From NCBI GenBank assembly GCA_951406725.2, contig OX597816.1:169384001-169448000 (forward strand): a DNA stretch of 64,000 nt, written 5' to 3'. The translations under genes and the position numbers were made by a program. This DNA comes from Octopus vulgaris. Its lineage: Eukaryota. The first letter of the stretch is position 1, and every line of letters starts with the position of its first letter. This document shows, in pieces, positions 12,310 through 26,229 of the stretch. The notes beneath the pieces were generated by a model. That model did no database searches. It saw only the letters and a list, made by a program, of their open reading frames with translations, and was not told the DNA's origin.

Positions 12310-13260
12310 TAAATGCATAGCAAAATTATGGAACATATTGCCGGAAGGAGGAGACTGATCCCGTTATTGGAAGAAAATATTTTGCTCACACATACACAAC
12401 ATGGCTTCCGTCCAGGGAAGAGCTGCCTCACACACCTACTACAGGATTATGACTGGGCATTGAAACAACAACTCAACCACTCAACTGTGGACGCAACATA
12501 TCTCAACTTTGCCAAGGCTTTTGACAAAGGTGGCCATGGGATGATCTTGATATCGCTGGAAAACCAGGAAAGTGGCTGCATGACTTCGTAAAAAGCAGAC
12601 GTCAGATAATTGCAGCGAATAATGCTATCTCAGGGGAGGCATCAATTCTAAGCGGAGCCCTTCAAGGAAATGTACTGGGACCACTAATGTTCGTGGTGAC
12701 TCTCTCAGAGATACCCTCGACCATAAAGTCAATCACTCTTACCAGCTATGCTGATGACACAAAAGTATTAAAGGCGGTCAAGGATCGTGATGCCATACTA
12801 AAACTGCAAAAAGACCCAAATGCAATATAAAAATGGGTTGATGAAAATAACATGCACTTCAATGCTGAGCAGTTTCAAGCTTTGTACCATTGGTTCACAG
12901 ACTACATAGGAACAATGAGTAGTGCAATCCCAGAGTCAGAGTTGGTGCGTGATCTAGGAATCCATATGAGTAATGCTGCAACATTCAATGTGTATATTAC
13001 CAAGATGGTAATATACTGTGTAGGCGAGTGATTGGGTGGATTCTAAGATCATTCGGAACCAGGAAAAAGGATATACCATGCTACATCTATGGAAAACTTT
13101 CATTTTCGGTCGTCTGGATTACTGTTCCCAACTGTGGTCACCGCAGAGCGTAAAACTGGTGATGGAACTTGAGACAATCCAGCGCCACTACACACAGAAG
13201 ACTGGCTTGGTGTAAGAGATGAGCGATTGAGAAAGGCTGAAGGAACTAAAAGTTTAGCTC
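12310..13260 (+). mobile_element. Decayed CR1-clade LINE reverse transcriptase
   Basis: QHGFRPGKSCLT, YLNFAKAFD, QGNVLGPLMF, SYADDTK; stops and frameshifts. Confidence 0.85.
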
Positions 13261-13399
13261 CTAACTTTGGAGCCATACCAAAGATTCCAAAGATTCCGCC
13301 TTCTCCATACCAAAGAGTGAAAAAACTATAGAAGGCTTAACTGTTAAAAAAAATATATATCTGCGTCAATATGTCTGAAGAATATTAGAAAATTAAAAA

Positions 13400-14525
13400 A
13401 AAAATTGTTTTTCTCTTATAATGACATAATTTAAAAGAAAGACCGGTTTCGCGTGTAGCTTTTCAAATTTCTTGCGACGTTATGTTTATGTTGAATAGAG
13501 TTTTCGTTATGTTTATGTTTAGGAGAGTTCTAAGTAAGGGAAGATAGTGAGTGATTTCCGGTGTAAGGGAGATAATCGAAAATTTTTTCCTTTCCCTTGG
13601 TGTGAATTTCTCTGTATCAGTATGTTCGGATGGTTGAGTCTGGGCTTGTACTTTTCAATGAAGAATGTTTCCTTGTTTAGTCTAATTTGTGTTGATGATC
13701 CGAAAGCACATTGGTAAAATGGAAAATTAAAAATTGTGGTAGTATTTGCTTTGCGCATTTCTCAATGTGCTCACTAAAAGGTATCATTCTATATTCTGGG
13801 AATGCAATTTGTTGTCGATGCAGTGTGCATCTACGTCTGAGTGATAGTCCCGTGGAACCCACGTAGTCTTGGTGGCAGCCCGAGCATTTTATGACATAAA
13901 TTATGTTTTCAGAGGCACAAGTAAAGTTAGATTTGATCTTGAATTTCTGTCCCTCTTCAAAGAGGAATTCTGATCCTTCTAGCAGGTTAGGGCATGTTGC
14001 ACAGTTCGATCTACCACATTTTTTTACTTTTGCATCCGTAATTACAGAAGACAATTTTGCCTTTGTGAGAATCTTTTTAGGTGATTTAGGCTGTTTGTAG
14101 CTTTTAATGATTTGGTGTATGTTTAGAATTTCCTTTAATTTGGGGTCTTTATGAAGTATTGGTAAATTCTGGGTGATGATGGTGAAGGCTTCTTTGTTTC
14201 TGGGGTTGTATGTAGATATGTAAGGTAGTATTTTCGGGGAAGGTGTGTTGTTGTGTTGAACTTTTCTTAAAGTTTCTATGTTGATTTCTGTTGCACGTCT
14301 GATCCCATCCTCTATGAGTTGAGCTGGGTAATGTCTGTCAATTAGGGTGTTTTTGAGTTCTTGCAGTCTAAAGTTCCTGGTATTTTGTTCTGACACTATT
14401 GTGCATATCCTTCTTGCAAGGTTGAAGGGGATGTTTGTTTTAGTGTGTCTTGGGTGGCATGAATTAAAAAGAAGGTATTGTTTGGCGTCTGTGGCTTTGT
14501 AAAAAATGTCTGTTTCTATTTTAAG
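13400..14525 (-). mobile_element. Penelope-like element 3' part (RT C-terminus, Cys linker, GIY-YIG endonuclease, pLTR)
   Basis: CGRSNCATC and NIIYVIKCSGCHQDYVGST; frameshift near 13720; 5' end abuts (TA)n. Confidence 0.9.
13435..13473 (-). ncRNA. Minimal hammerhead ribozyme, U3-A8 core, in PLE pLTR
   Basis: AAGAAA-(U)-UUGAAAA-GC-UACAC-GC-GAAA-CCGG-UC-UUUCUU. Confidence 0.65.
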
Positions 14526-15034
14526 GTTAATATATATATATATATATATATTTCGTTATAAGATCATAAATCAGAAAAAGAGCATACACTACTTTACACA
14601 TACAAATATATATATACATACATATATATATATATATATCCACACAAACACAAACGTACATTCGCTAACATACACACATGCAAATAGATGTGTGTGTGTG
14701 TTTTTTCTTAAATACTGATGATAAAGAACAATGCAGATAATGTAATCAACTGCTATGCAGACGACGCCTGTTGAGCAGGAACAAGCGTCGACAAGATATC
14801 TTTTGTTCCATAGTGATTCGTCTGCTTCTTTGATAATGGCACAGGAATTGTGAAGAATTCTTTATCTTTCAGATATCACTTTTGTCATTTGGAATTGATT
14901 CCGATTGTTTTACCACCCCCGTCAACGGAAATAACATTTAATAAATAAAGAATTATCTTTTATAGTAATTGATATACCCTCGTTCGAGTGGGTGTATATA
15001 TATATAGATGTGTGTGTGTGCGTGTGTGCGCGTG

Positions 15035-15071
<37 letters not shown>

Positions 15072-15169
15072 GGACGTTATGTTTGTGTGAGTGTGTAGGC
15101 ATGTGCGTGTATATGTGTATGTGTAACTAAAAGTAATGTAAATTATTCCTCTCTTTTGTCAAAACTTTC

Positions 15170-16480
15170 CATCCTACCCTCCACTTCTGCACTATTTCCG
15201 ACCCTCAGTCGCCTTTCTCGACACTTCGGTCAGCATTCATTACTCCACTCTCACCACCTCCATCCACTACAAACACACAGACTCACACTCAAACCTCAAC
15301 TCCTCCTCCCACCCTAAACACACCAAGCTCTCCATCCCCTATTCCCAGTTCCTCCGTCTACGCAGACTCTGCAGTGACAACTATGACTGAGTCTCAGTCT
15401 CAACACATAGCTCGCCACTTCCAGAGCATTTCCATGGACCGTGCCAGAGCACTTCCATGGACCGTGCATCTGCTCTCTTCCCCCGCACCCGCCCGCCGTC
15501 ACCCTTCTCCCGTTCCCTTCACTTACCACCCCACCATCCTACCTCTCTAACGCACTGTTCTCCGAGCCTTCCAGCGCCTCCAGTCCGACCCCTCCACATC
15601 GCACATCTTCCATAACCGACCCCTCCCCTCCTTCAAACGAGCTCACTACCTACGAAACCTCTTGGTCCACTGCTTCTTCCCTAACCCAGCTTCCCAACCC
15701 GGCTCGTTCCCCTGCTCCCGCCCACGCTGCCGCACTTGCCCTTACCTCTCCAACACCACCGTCCTCACAGGCACCCATCATCGACCCTATCATATCACCG
15801 ACTCCTTCACCTGCACTTCTATCAATGTCATCTACTGCATCTCCTGCTCTCTCTGTCCTTCTCTATACATCGGTCAAACGGGACGCCGCTTGGCTGACCG
15901 GTTCGCGGAACACCTCCAAGACATCCGACTCAGCAACCACACCCCGTTCTCACGCCATTTCCGCTCCAACGGTCACTAATTACAACATCTGCTTGTGTTT
16001 AGATTGTCCTTGGACTGGGGCCATCCGGACTCCCGTCTTCGCTGTGAGCAGGGATTAATCTCTCTTCACTCCTTTGCGTAACACGGGCTCAACTCTCCTC
16101 CTCTCTCCTCTCTTTCTCTTATACCTTTACATACACTCACACACACACACACACGTCAATGTCACCAGCCCCTTTCCACACGCACATACACGCTCTCACA
16201 TATACACGCACGCGCACCTTCGTTTTGGGATCACCACTTTATTATCTCCCCTTCTTCCTAGCTCTCCTGTGTGACCCCTCTGTCTGGTATTCGCTATGAT
16301 AGATCACTAGCCTCTAAATCTGTTCTATTTTCTCTCCCTGTTTATTTCTGTGTTCCTTTCTGTCGAAGAGCGTAGGCTCGAAACGTAACAGACTTTCTCA
16401 CACCCGACCGTTAAACTAATAAATTTGTTTGTTGTTTATACACCCGTTTTCGTCTTTTGTTTTTTTTTGTAAATTCTCAC

Positions 16481-16482
<2 letters not shown>
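15170..16482 (+). mobile_element. Penelope-like element 3' part (GIY-YIG) with pLTR, decayed
   Basis: CSRPRCRTC and NVIYCISCSLCPSLYIGQTGRRLADRFAEH; pLTR ends at (TA)n and matches 48317-48690. Confidence 0.9.
16352..16393 (+). ncRNA. Hammerhead-like motif with CUGUNGA core
   Basis: CUUU-CUGUCGA-A-GAGC-GUAG-GCUC-GAAA-CG-UA-ACAG. Confidence 0.55.
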
Positions 16483-16517
<35 letters not shown>

Positions 16518-17218
16518 TTGTGTGTGTGTGTGAGTGTATGTGTATGTGTGTGAGTGTATGTGTGTGTGTGTATACATAAATAGATAGTTATAGATATAGA
16601 TGATTACAACCATGCAAACACTTATATATACATATATTAGTTTATTGTTCCGTTATTGGTAGGATCAAATAAAAAGCATTCCATCCAGTGAGAGATAAAT
16701 ATCATTTAATATGCACAATTTGCAAAAGTTATACATTTACGAAAATAATTTACATCACATTCCGTTGCGCATATACACATATCCATAATACACATATACA
16801 GACACATACATTCATACTCTCACATTCAAACACACTCGCCCCACACACTCACACGTATACACATGTTAGCTAGAATATTATCTGTAACAGAAATAAATAC
16901 TTTATCATGGTGGGTATATGAAAACATGACTGTACAATTTGAAAGTTACTCTTGGCTGATCTTAACTGACAGTCATGATCAGCCAAGAGCGAAATTCACA
17001 ATAGATTGCCATATTTTGAAGTAAATACATAAATAAATATCTAAATATATGTATATATATATACACATTGTTCTATGTATAAAATATACATATATTCATA
17101 CACACACATGCAAACTTATACATATATATTCTCATAGGTATATAGAAATGCATAGATGTACAAATATATATATATATATGTGTGTCTATATATTTGTATG
17201 TATATATATATATATTTG

Positions 17219-17271
<53 letters not shown>

Positions 17272-17294
17272 TTATATATATCTGTATATCTGTA

Positions 17295-17402
<108 letters not shown>

Positions 17403-17879
17403 TGTATTCATGTATATACGTATTCAGAATCTGTTTCTCCTTTTGTTTGACCAAAGCAAAATCAATTTGATTCAATGTTTGGATCGTCGATGCATCCAGA
17501 TTGTTTTCTATATCAGATGTGTGAATATGATATTTGTGATAGTAAGTTCCTGCTGTTTTGCGCCGTTTGAGTGATCTTTTCCGTTACCATGCGAGCCGAC
17601 AATGTCATGCCAAATATTACAATCTGCTCCTACCCTAGCATTGAAGTCTCCCAGCGAAATCTATTTCTCACTTTTATATACTGTGAGGACCTTAATCAGT
17701 CTGGTGTAGAATTGTCTTCGTTCTTCCCTCTGAATAGTTGATTGTTGGGGCATAAGCACTTACCAGAGTAAGAAATTTCTTTTCGTGTAGCGGTATGCGG
17801 AAGCACAGGTGGCTCTCATAAGCAAGGAGAGGATTTTGAGTAAGGTTGTTGAACAGTTTAGTCTTGACAGCATATGTTA

Positions 17880-18376
17880 CTCCGTGATCCCTTCTCTCAT
17901 CTCGAAAGAGTCCAGAAGCTGGCTACCCGCATGGTTCTTGGTCTCAAGAATTTGTCTTATGAAGAAAGGCTGAAGACGCTCGAACTTTTTTCTCTAGAAA
18001 AACGACGACGCCGTGCTGATCTCATTCTTGCTCACAACATCATAAGCGGAAAGTGTAACCTCTCGAAAGAGCTGTTCTTCACTCCTGCTCCAGAGCGTCA
18101 GCTGCGGGGTCATTCCGAAAAGCTCTATCTGCGACGATTTCATCTCAATTGAAGGAGGGGGGCTTTCTCCGTCCGGGTTGCGGATCCGTGAAATAAGCTG
18201 CCGGACAAGATGTTGAAGATGCCGACGACCGCTCAGTTCAAAGTCTCCCTTGACCACAAGTGGCCTGAACTCTTTACATGAACACCACCCTGTACATAAC
18301 TCCATGTCCCCCTACATGACCTTGCTTTTTGCTTTTTGAGCCAAAAAATTAACTAACTTAACTAACTAACTAACTA
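17880..18376 (+). mobile_element. CR1-clade LINE 3' end with (TAAC)n tail
   Basis: LERVQKLATRMV...LSYEERLKTLELFSLEKRRRRADLI...LRGH. Confidence 0.85.
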
Positions 18377-19122
18377 CTGTTACCCCGCTACAAATGTTAC
18401 CAGCCAATCCTGCTACGAAATTTCCTGTTTCGCCGAGACTGGTTTCACTCAGCGCTGCAATATCAATATTTTATCTTTGAAGCTCATGGGCTACAAGCGC
18501 TGTCCTCCTTCCAACTCTCTTCTGAATTTGAAAGCAATTCATTTGGTAGACGAAACTTGCTGAAGATGTTGTTTTGCGGAAAGGAACGAATCAATCTCCG
18601 GCTGAGTGTAGTTTGAACTCACAGGGTACTCAACATCACTTGGCACAGCCTTCACCCGAACTGCCAACAAAATGAAGTAGGCTCTACATTATTGCCCAAC
18701 CGATTAGAAATAGTAATGGAACCTCCTTCAAATAAATCGGACCTCTTAAACGAAAGAATGTTACACTGGATAACGCAGGCGCAGAAAAATATGACGGGAT
18801 TATAACAGCTGGTCTCTTTTGATCGCCTTCTGTTTTATCAGAATTGATCTTATTCTTATGAAAAATGTTATTAACTCTGTTTGGAGGATCTCAGAAAATA
18901 GTTAATATTGTTATGAAATATCTTAAATATTTTAGTGCTGTTACAATGTTTTGCTAATACTATTGAATTAACTATAGCAATAACATTTATCTTCAAAAAA
19001 TATTCTCAAAATTTCCTATTAAATTCCATGAGCCTTGTTTGTATAATCTCCTTGGTATCTGATTCTTTAATTTTCCATCCTAGCACTCATACGCTAACGT
19101 TTATTTTATGGAATATTTGCAA

Positions 19123-19192
<70 letters not shown>

Positions 19193-19324
19193 ATATATAT
19201 ATATATATGTATATCTATATATATATGTATATATATATATATAATATTTACATATATATATATAGCTATATATAAAATATAATAGTTATATATGTATATG
19301 TATGTATATATATATAATATGCAC

Positions 19325-19384
<60 letters not shown>

Positions 19385-20187
19385 TCCTGCTTGATGTATT
19401 GAGGCTCTGAAACCAAGCAATAACTATGCTTCATCCTATTGATTTTATAAGAATCTTATCGTAGAGTTATTTTACTGTTTTTGAACTACCACGTAAGACA
19501 AAATGTGCTTCTACAGTTACTGTAATTTCTAATTTTTCATTTACCTCTCATTTCATGCAGCTTTAATTTCCGAGGAACATGTGATAACTGGATAATTTAT
19601 CTCTTGGATCTGTGAGTGTTAGCGGCATTGGTGGTGGGTGACGTTGCTTTCATTGTTACTAATTTTACGTCATTTCTGTGTCTTTCATGTTTGAGGAGAA
19701 TTGTAGCAATTAGACCGATTTCTCATGACAAAACCAAAATGGCATCAACTGAGCGAATAACTTCTAATCATATGAACAGCTGTTCGTATCTTTGTCTGAA
19801 GTAGAGAGGAAAAAGTAAAATACTTTGAATCCTTTTGCATAAGAGTGCAAGATTCAATGCAAACCACCTACATAAAAGAATTATAAAATGTATTCTTATC
19901 TTTTGTATATATTTTTTTAAAACTTGATACTTTGTTCAAGATTGAATTTCCTTTTCACAGTGGTATAGCTATATTTCTGTAAGTAATTAATATTTAGCGC
20001 AATGCTGTTGTAAGAAACCATAACTATATGAATTACTAAAGCGAAATAGTTGTTTTTGTTTTTTAGCATTTATATCTCACGAAGTGCACCCACGCTCTCT
20101 TGCGCTGATCAATTTCAGTTATATTGTTTGCGACATATTTTCGACTCCCGGTAAAACCAAATTATTTGTTCTTTTACCGCTTTCTGA

Positions 20188-20714
20188 GGATCTTTTCCTT
20201 TTGAACGGCACATGTCAACACAATTTCTAGTTAACTAAACACTTTAAAACTTCGTATACTGGTAGAATGTGTCAAAATAAAACATTTTTTTCTCTTGGCT
20301 TTCTTGATAAAATTGTAATTCGTTTCTTTAACATAGTTTAATTTTTCGAATTTAAACCAAAACTGAGACAACGTCCTGTCACTGACCCTAACCCTAATTT
20401 TTTTCTTAATTGTCAAATTAATTTAACAATTAAGAAAAAAAAATTTAGGGTTAAGGTTAGGGTGAGGTTTAGGGTTAGTGACAGGATGTTTTCTCTGATT
20501 TAGACGCAGCAAATGATTTTAGCTCAATTAGAGGCGATTCATTGGTTAAAATTCGAAAAATTAAACTACGTTAAACAAACGAATTACAATTTTATCAAGA
20601 AAGCCAGGAGAAAAAAATGTTTTATTTTGACACATTCTACCAGTATACGAAGTTTTAAAGTGTTTAGTTAACTAGAAATTGTGTTGACATGTGCCGTTCA
20701 AAAGGAAAAGATCC
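20188..20714. mobile_element. Merlin-type foldback MITE with internal TTAGGG-like repeats
   Basis: ~170-bp TIRs starting GGATCTTTTC; 8-bp TSD ctttctga/ctttctgc. Confidence 0.8.
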
Positions 20715-21309
20715 CTTTCTGCTCTTGAGAAAGTGAAAGCATGTGTAAAACTCAAGGTTATAAGATCTTGGGTTCACTTCCTGAAGCAGGCGGTACATTG
20801 CATACTCAAGTAAGCTACATAATTTCACGTCGTTCCCGGTTACTCAGTTGTTACACCTTAGAAGTTTCTGCTGGGATAAAAGCGAGAGGCCGAGAAAATG
20901 TATTTGGCTACTCACGATCACATAAGCACCCATAGCAATTAGCCGAAGCATGGGACATGCAACCAAGTCACACCCACGGCTGCAGTGTAGCGTTTTAGTC
21001 GAGAAGGTTGAGAGCTTCCTTTTGTAGTATCATCCTATTCTCTCTTGGTATTTTAAAACCAAATGGAACACCGCCGACTTAGTGTGCAGTAAGCCAACAA
21101 TAGTTTATCACACCTACTCCACTAAATCTTAAGACCAACGAGCGATATATATATAAAATGTAAGGCTCGGGTAATATGCTACCACAATGATGTTTCAATC
21201 ATCTATAATTACTTAGTTAAAGCCCTAGGGAAAAACTTGTCACATGTTTTGTTTCTTTTATTTAAAATTGTCTTTTGTACTTAAAAGAAAATCAATATTT
21301 CTCTTCAAG

Positions 21310-21710
21310 AAGGTAGCGAGCTGGCAGAAACGTTAGCACGCAGGGCGAAATGCGTAGCCGTATTTCGTCTGCCGTTACGTTCTGAGTTCAAATTCCGCCA
21401 AGGTCGACATTGCCTTTCATCCTTTCGGGGTCGGTAAATTAAGTACCAGTTACGCACTGGGGTCGATATAATCGACTTAATCCCTTTGTCTGTCCTTGTA
21501 TGTCCTCTCTGTGTTTAGCCCCTTCTGGGTAGAAAAGAAATAGGTATTTCATCTGTCTTTACATTCTAAGTTCAAATTCTGCCAAGGTCGACTTCGCCTT
21601 TCATAATTTCGGAGTCGATAAATTAAGTACCACTTGCGTACTGGGGTCAATCTAATCGACTATCCCCCTCCCCCAAAATTTCGGGCCTTGTGCTTAGAAT
21701 AGAAAACAAT
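21310..21710 (+). mobile_element. SINE family C, two-core copy
   Basis: Head aaggtagcgagctggcagaaacgttagcac; flanking direct repeat caatatttctcttcaa. Confidence 0.85.
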
Positions 21711-22933
21711 ATTTCTCTTCAAAACTCCTGTGATTGACGTAGAACAAGAGACAAGTCGAGTCTGCGACGTGGTTTCAATTTCATCTCGAATCTTTTTCAC
21801 TTTCTTTACACCGCTCTCGCAGTTAGAATCATAAGTGATATTTAGATGATACTTTAAAAATAAACTTCAGAGATATGGGGACAATTTAAAGAACAAAATT
21901 CATAGCCACTAATTATAATTAAACGCATTTACTCAACAGATATAGCATTATTATAGATAAACTATTCAAGTGAATTGAAAAAAAATATACGAAGGAAAGA
22001 AACGAAAAAAAAAAACCCCACTGAATGAAAACAATTTTCAATAGCGATAGATTTTCTACTGTCGATTTGTAGTTTGCCGCAATAACTTCATAGAGAATGG
22101 GAACAAATATCATTTTAATTCAAATGTAAATTATTGAAACGTTTACTTGTTTTATTGAAAATAATCTTTAATGTGATGAAAAATATTTATGATGGTTTAC
22201 TACAAATCTGATTTCTAAGTTATCTTTCCACTATTCTTTGTACAGGTGTTGTTTGCGTCAGCTGCTTGAAAATTCACGGTGAATTCCATTGTTAAAATTG
22301 TCTTTTTACTAGTAGCATTTGTTTTTCATCCCGGCTTCTTTTTGATCAATCTATAAAGTCTTCTGACTTGTCACGTTCAGCGATTCTAGCAGTTTCAAGG
22401 AGATACTTACTTTTATATAGGTTGCTACACTTGTTTGTCAAATGGCATCTGGAAGTGGAAGGTGTGTGTGCACGTAATAGAAGTATGTGAAATCTTCTTC
22501 TGAATCTTTTTATGAGAGAGAAACAGCTTAAGGATCTATAAATTCTTTTGTATGTACTATTGTTATAGAAATTCTTGACAGAATCTCTCGCAGGTGATAA
22601 TAAAGATATTTAATGTTTATAACCGCTCGAGTTAATGTGAAAACAAAATAAATGTCACATTTTGCGGAAGACTCAGAACCACTTTAAAAAAGTAAATGTT
22701 CAGAAAGTTTTGGAATAATTACTTCTAATTTTTCCGACCAGATTCCATCCTGCGCGGGTATTAATGTATATTGTGTTTATATTGATAATATCCAATATAC
22801 TTAACTCTAAAACAATATTGTTCACGTAACTGTAAATAGATACTGCAGAGTAGAAACAGATCATGACGGTAAATGGTGACTGCAGTGTAAAAATGATGAG
22901 TTTTCGTTAGCTTACAGTGATGAATTTCATTTC

Positions 22934-23353
22934 GGATCTTTTCGGTTTGAACGGCAGTTTTTTAAAATAATTTCCACGTAACTAAACACTTTTAAACTTC
23001 GTATACTGGTAGAATGTGTTTATAAAACATCTTTTTCTCTTGGCTTTATTGAGAAAACTCTATAGTTTGTAAGATATTAGTTGTTTTTTTTTCTTCAATT
23101 TCTGCAATTTTAACCAATCAATAACCGTCTATTGAGTTAAAAAGCATTCTGTGCCGTATGAATATGTCCCTCGTTTAAGAAACAGATTGAGTTTATTTAC
23201 ATTTGTGAAGAAAAAAAAGAGACCTTCCCCCCACCCCTAACCCTAACCCTAAAACAGATTGAAATGCAATAGATCGATTCTAGGGTCATAATTATGGGCG
23301 ACAATTTCATATGACACCGCTAGAAAAAACTGCCGTTCAAACCGAAAAGATCC
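22934..23353. mobile_element. Merlin-type MITE
   Basis: TIR GGATCTTTTCGGTTTGAACGGCAGTTTTT; CCCTAA repeats; same family as 31148-31565. Confidence 0.85.
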
Positions 23354-23429
23354 AAAATTTCAAAAGATTTGTAAGGAAGCAGTATCCTGCTGCCTGACAC
23401 TCAACAGTATTTTGTTATTATTATTTAAA

Positions 23430-23870
23430 AGAAGACGGCGTGCTGGCAGAATCGTTAGCACACCGGGCAAAATGTATAGCGATATTTCACCCGTCGCTAC
23501 GTTCAAATTCCTCTGAGGTCGACTTTGCCTTTCAGCCTTTCGGAGTCGATAAATTAAATACCAGTTAAGTATTGGAGTCAATGTTATCGACTATCCCTCT
23601 CCCCTAAATTTCAGGCCTTGTGCCGATAGTAGAAAGAATTATTTACAAGAAGGCGCCGAACTAGTTGAACCTTTAACATGCCGGACAAAATGCTTACGGC
23701 ATTTCGTCCGTCTTTACCTTCTATGCTCAAATTCTGCCGAGGTCGACTTTGCTTTCGTACTTTGGGAATCGATAAAATAAGTAACAATCAAGTACTGGAA
23801 TCAATGTATTTGACTTCTCCCTCCACTCAAAGAATGTTGGGTCTATACCAAAATTCGAAACCGTTACTAT
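23430..23870 (+). mobile_element. Two tandem, diverged family C SINEs
   Basis: Heads near 23433 and 23650. Confidence 0.7.
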
Positions 23871-26229
23871 TGTTTAGAATAGATGACAGAAACCGAGTGC
23901 TCGACACAGTTTTTTCCTGTCTCTTTACACTTTCCGTTCAAATTTTACCTGGAATAAAAAACCAAACATATAATTAAAATTGACTCGATAGACGGCCTAA
24001 TTACAAATCTCTGTTATGAGAGTAGGCGGCTAGAAAATAGTTGGCGCCTCTACGGACAGAGTTATCATGAACATCACGCAAATCTCTTTCACCATCCTTT
24101 AAGATTTACTAATTTGTGTCTAAGTCAACAAATTAATTTATGGCACGAGATTTATATAATGGCAGGGATTTGTTAGAAATGGTAGTATCGGAATAACTAC
24201 ATTAAACACCTAGTTGCTTCTCTCTCTCTCTCTCTTCCATGTTCTGAATTAGCTTTTTCTCAAAGTACTCCTTACCTTCTATTATTTATTCAAATTTGTT
24301 AAAAAAAATTCTAGTTCTCGTCGCTGTTTTGTCAGACCAGTGATTAAAGGTTACTCAACTTTTCTAATTTTTTTTTAAATTAAAGGAATCAAAACTACAT
24401 CAATCATTGTGTCCTGCTCTTTCTGTCGACGGTAGAACGTGATTTAAGAGAGATTTCCCTGCTACTTCTAGCGGGTATGTGGATCGCATAGAGGCTCGGT
24501 AAGTTCGAATATTTAACTAGGTCTGATGAAATCGACATCGTAGCTTCCCTGTCCAGGTTGATCTTTTGTTTAGAGAGAAATCAGTAGTTGTCGTTTTCAA
24601 CTGGATTCTGTTTATTTAGTAAATGATGGCAATTGATTGCGGTGGATAATAGGAATGATAGGACACCAGGTATTTAGTTTTGTTAAAATTGAATTTGCTT
24701 TCGAACCTATTCGAGAGCGGAGGGTAAGCAACGCTTATTCAATGTGATTTATTCAGAAAAGAAAAGAAAAAAAATCTGTAGCTTTTTGCAATAAAATTAT
24801 GGCTTTGTGTCAGTATTAGATAATAATTTGTCCTTGTACTATGATAAAAAAAATCAATGAAATAAATGTTACTCTGATATTAGTTACCCTAACCTGCGCT
24901 CCGATTTATAGCTTCCCACTCGAGTTCTGGCTCTTATTATCGATCACCGTAAGATAAATAGCTAAGTAAAAATACTAAACCTTAGTAGCATCTTTGTTAT
25001 AGTTGTAGACACCAATTAGTTCCGGCTTAAATTTGTAGCCAGCGTATTAACAACGGAAGTCTGACTCTTAATTTTGGAATTTGCCTACTGTTTCTGATAT
25101 CTCCACCTGTTTGCAGTATTTAACAAAACACCACTTTTATTTAACTTTCTTTTAAGCTTTTCAGCTTAAGTATCTGAAAATGTCATAAAAATGCTACTAT
25201 TTATCGTCGGTGATATTTTTGGATTAATGTTATATTTTACATGAATTTTATATTTTTGATGAATTATTTATAGCAACTCCTGTTTATATCACTATTACAA
25301 TACGTTTTCCTTTTATAACTCAATTTGTTATAACAGTTAATGTATTTTGTACGGTTTTGTTTTGTTTTAGTTTTGTTGAAGTTTCTCAAAACATTAAAAC
25401 AACTTAAAACAAATTGTTAACTAATCTCAAAATAGTCGTTTTGCACGCCTGTGTATTACGCTAAATATAAACCACAGTAGTTTATACAGTTGTTTTCAAA
25501 ATTAAATTTCTTTGAAATGCATGTAGAAACAAGATCACTATAGAAGCCAAATAATTCAGTTGAAGTAATGCATGGTGATAAAAATATACTGTATTATGTG
25601 TGAATCTAGAATGGATCTTAGTACGGTGTAATAAACACTTTAAAGACAGATTTTCGAATATAAAATCACTGTCCCTTTGTGAAGAACAAGTTTTAAAGTT
25701 AAAAAAAAAATTACATCTCACCAAATATTATAAAATTGTATAAAAGTATATGATAAGGATTTTAACGCAAACTGAGAAAGTAAACACTTAGACCAACTCG
25801 AATACTACTCTAATTATTTCTTTAAAATTACATTCAGTGTTTATAGTAAACGCTGTAGTGCATAGTTAAACTCAAGAAGACAAATGTATGATATACGATG
25901 CGTGGCATACGATGGATTTCTCGCTTTTTGCCCGCACTGTAACGATTCTGCCACCTCGCCAACTTAAGCTCCCTACAAATTGATTCACTAATTGTATTTC
26001 GATTCTCAATTGATATTCGTGGGAAGAGGATATCAACTTATTGCAACTCTCAATTACTTTTACTATGTATGCTCAAGGACGAAGACGATGTTTTAGTTTG
26101 ACTAATCAGTAATATAATTCATGATGAAAGAGAACGTAGATACTCATATCTTCCATGTGTAACCAGAGCTTGGAGAGAAACAATCGCTTCAACAGGAAGT
26201 GATGCCGCAAAGTACATGAATACTGATTG

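Noticed and set aside
14715-14870. CTGATGA with a long-range stem
   Set aside because: No correctly placed GAAA or stem III; CTGATGA at ~24523 and ~60522 fails the same way, and ~10492 lacks stems I and II
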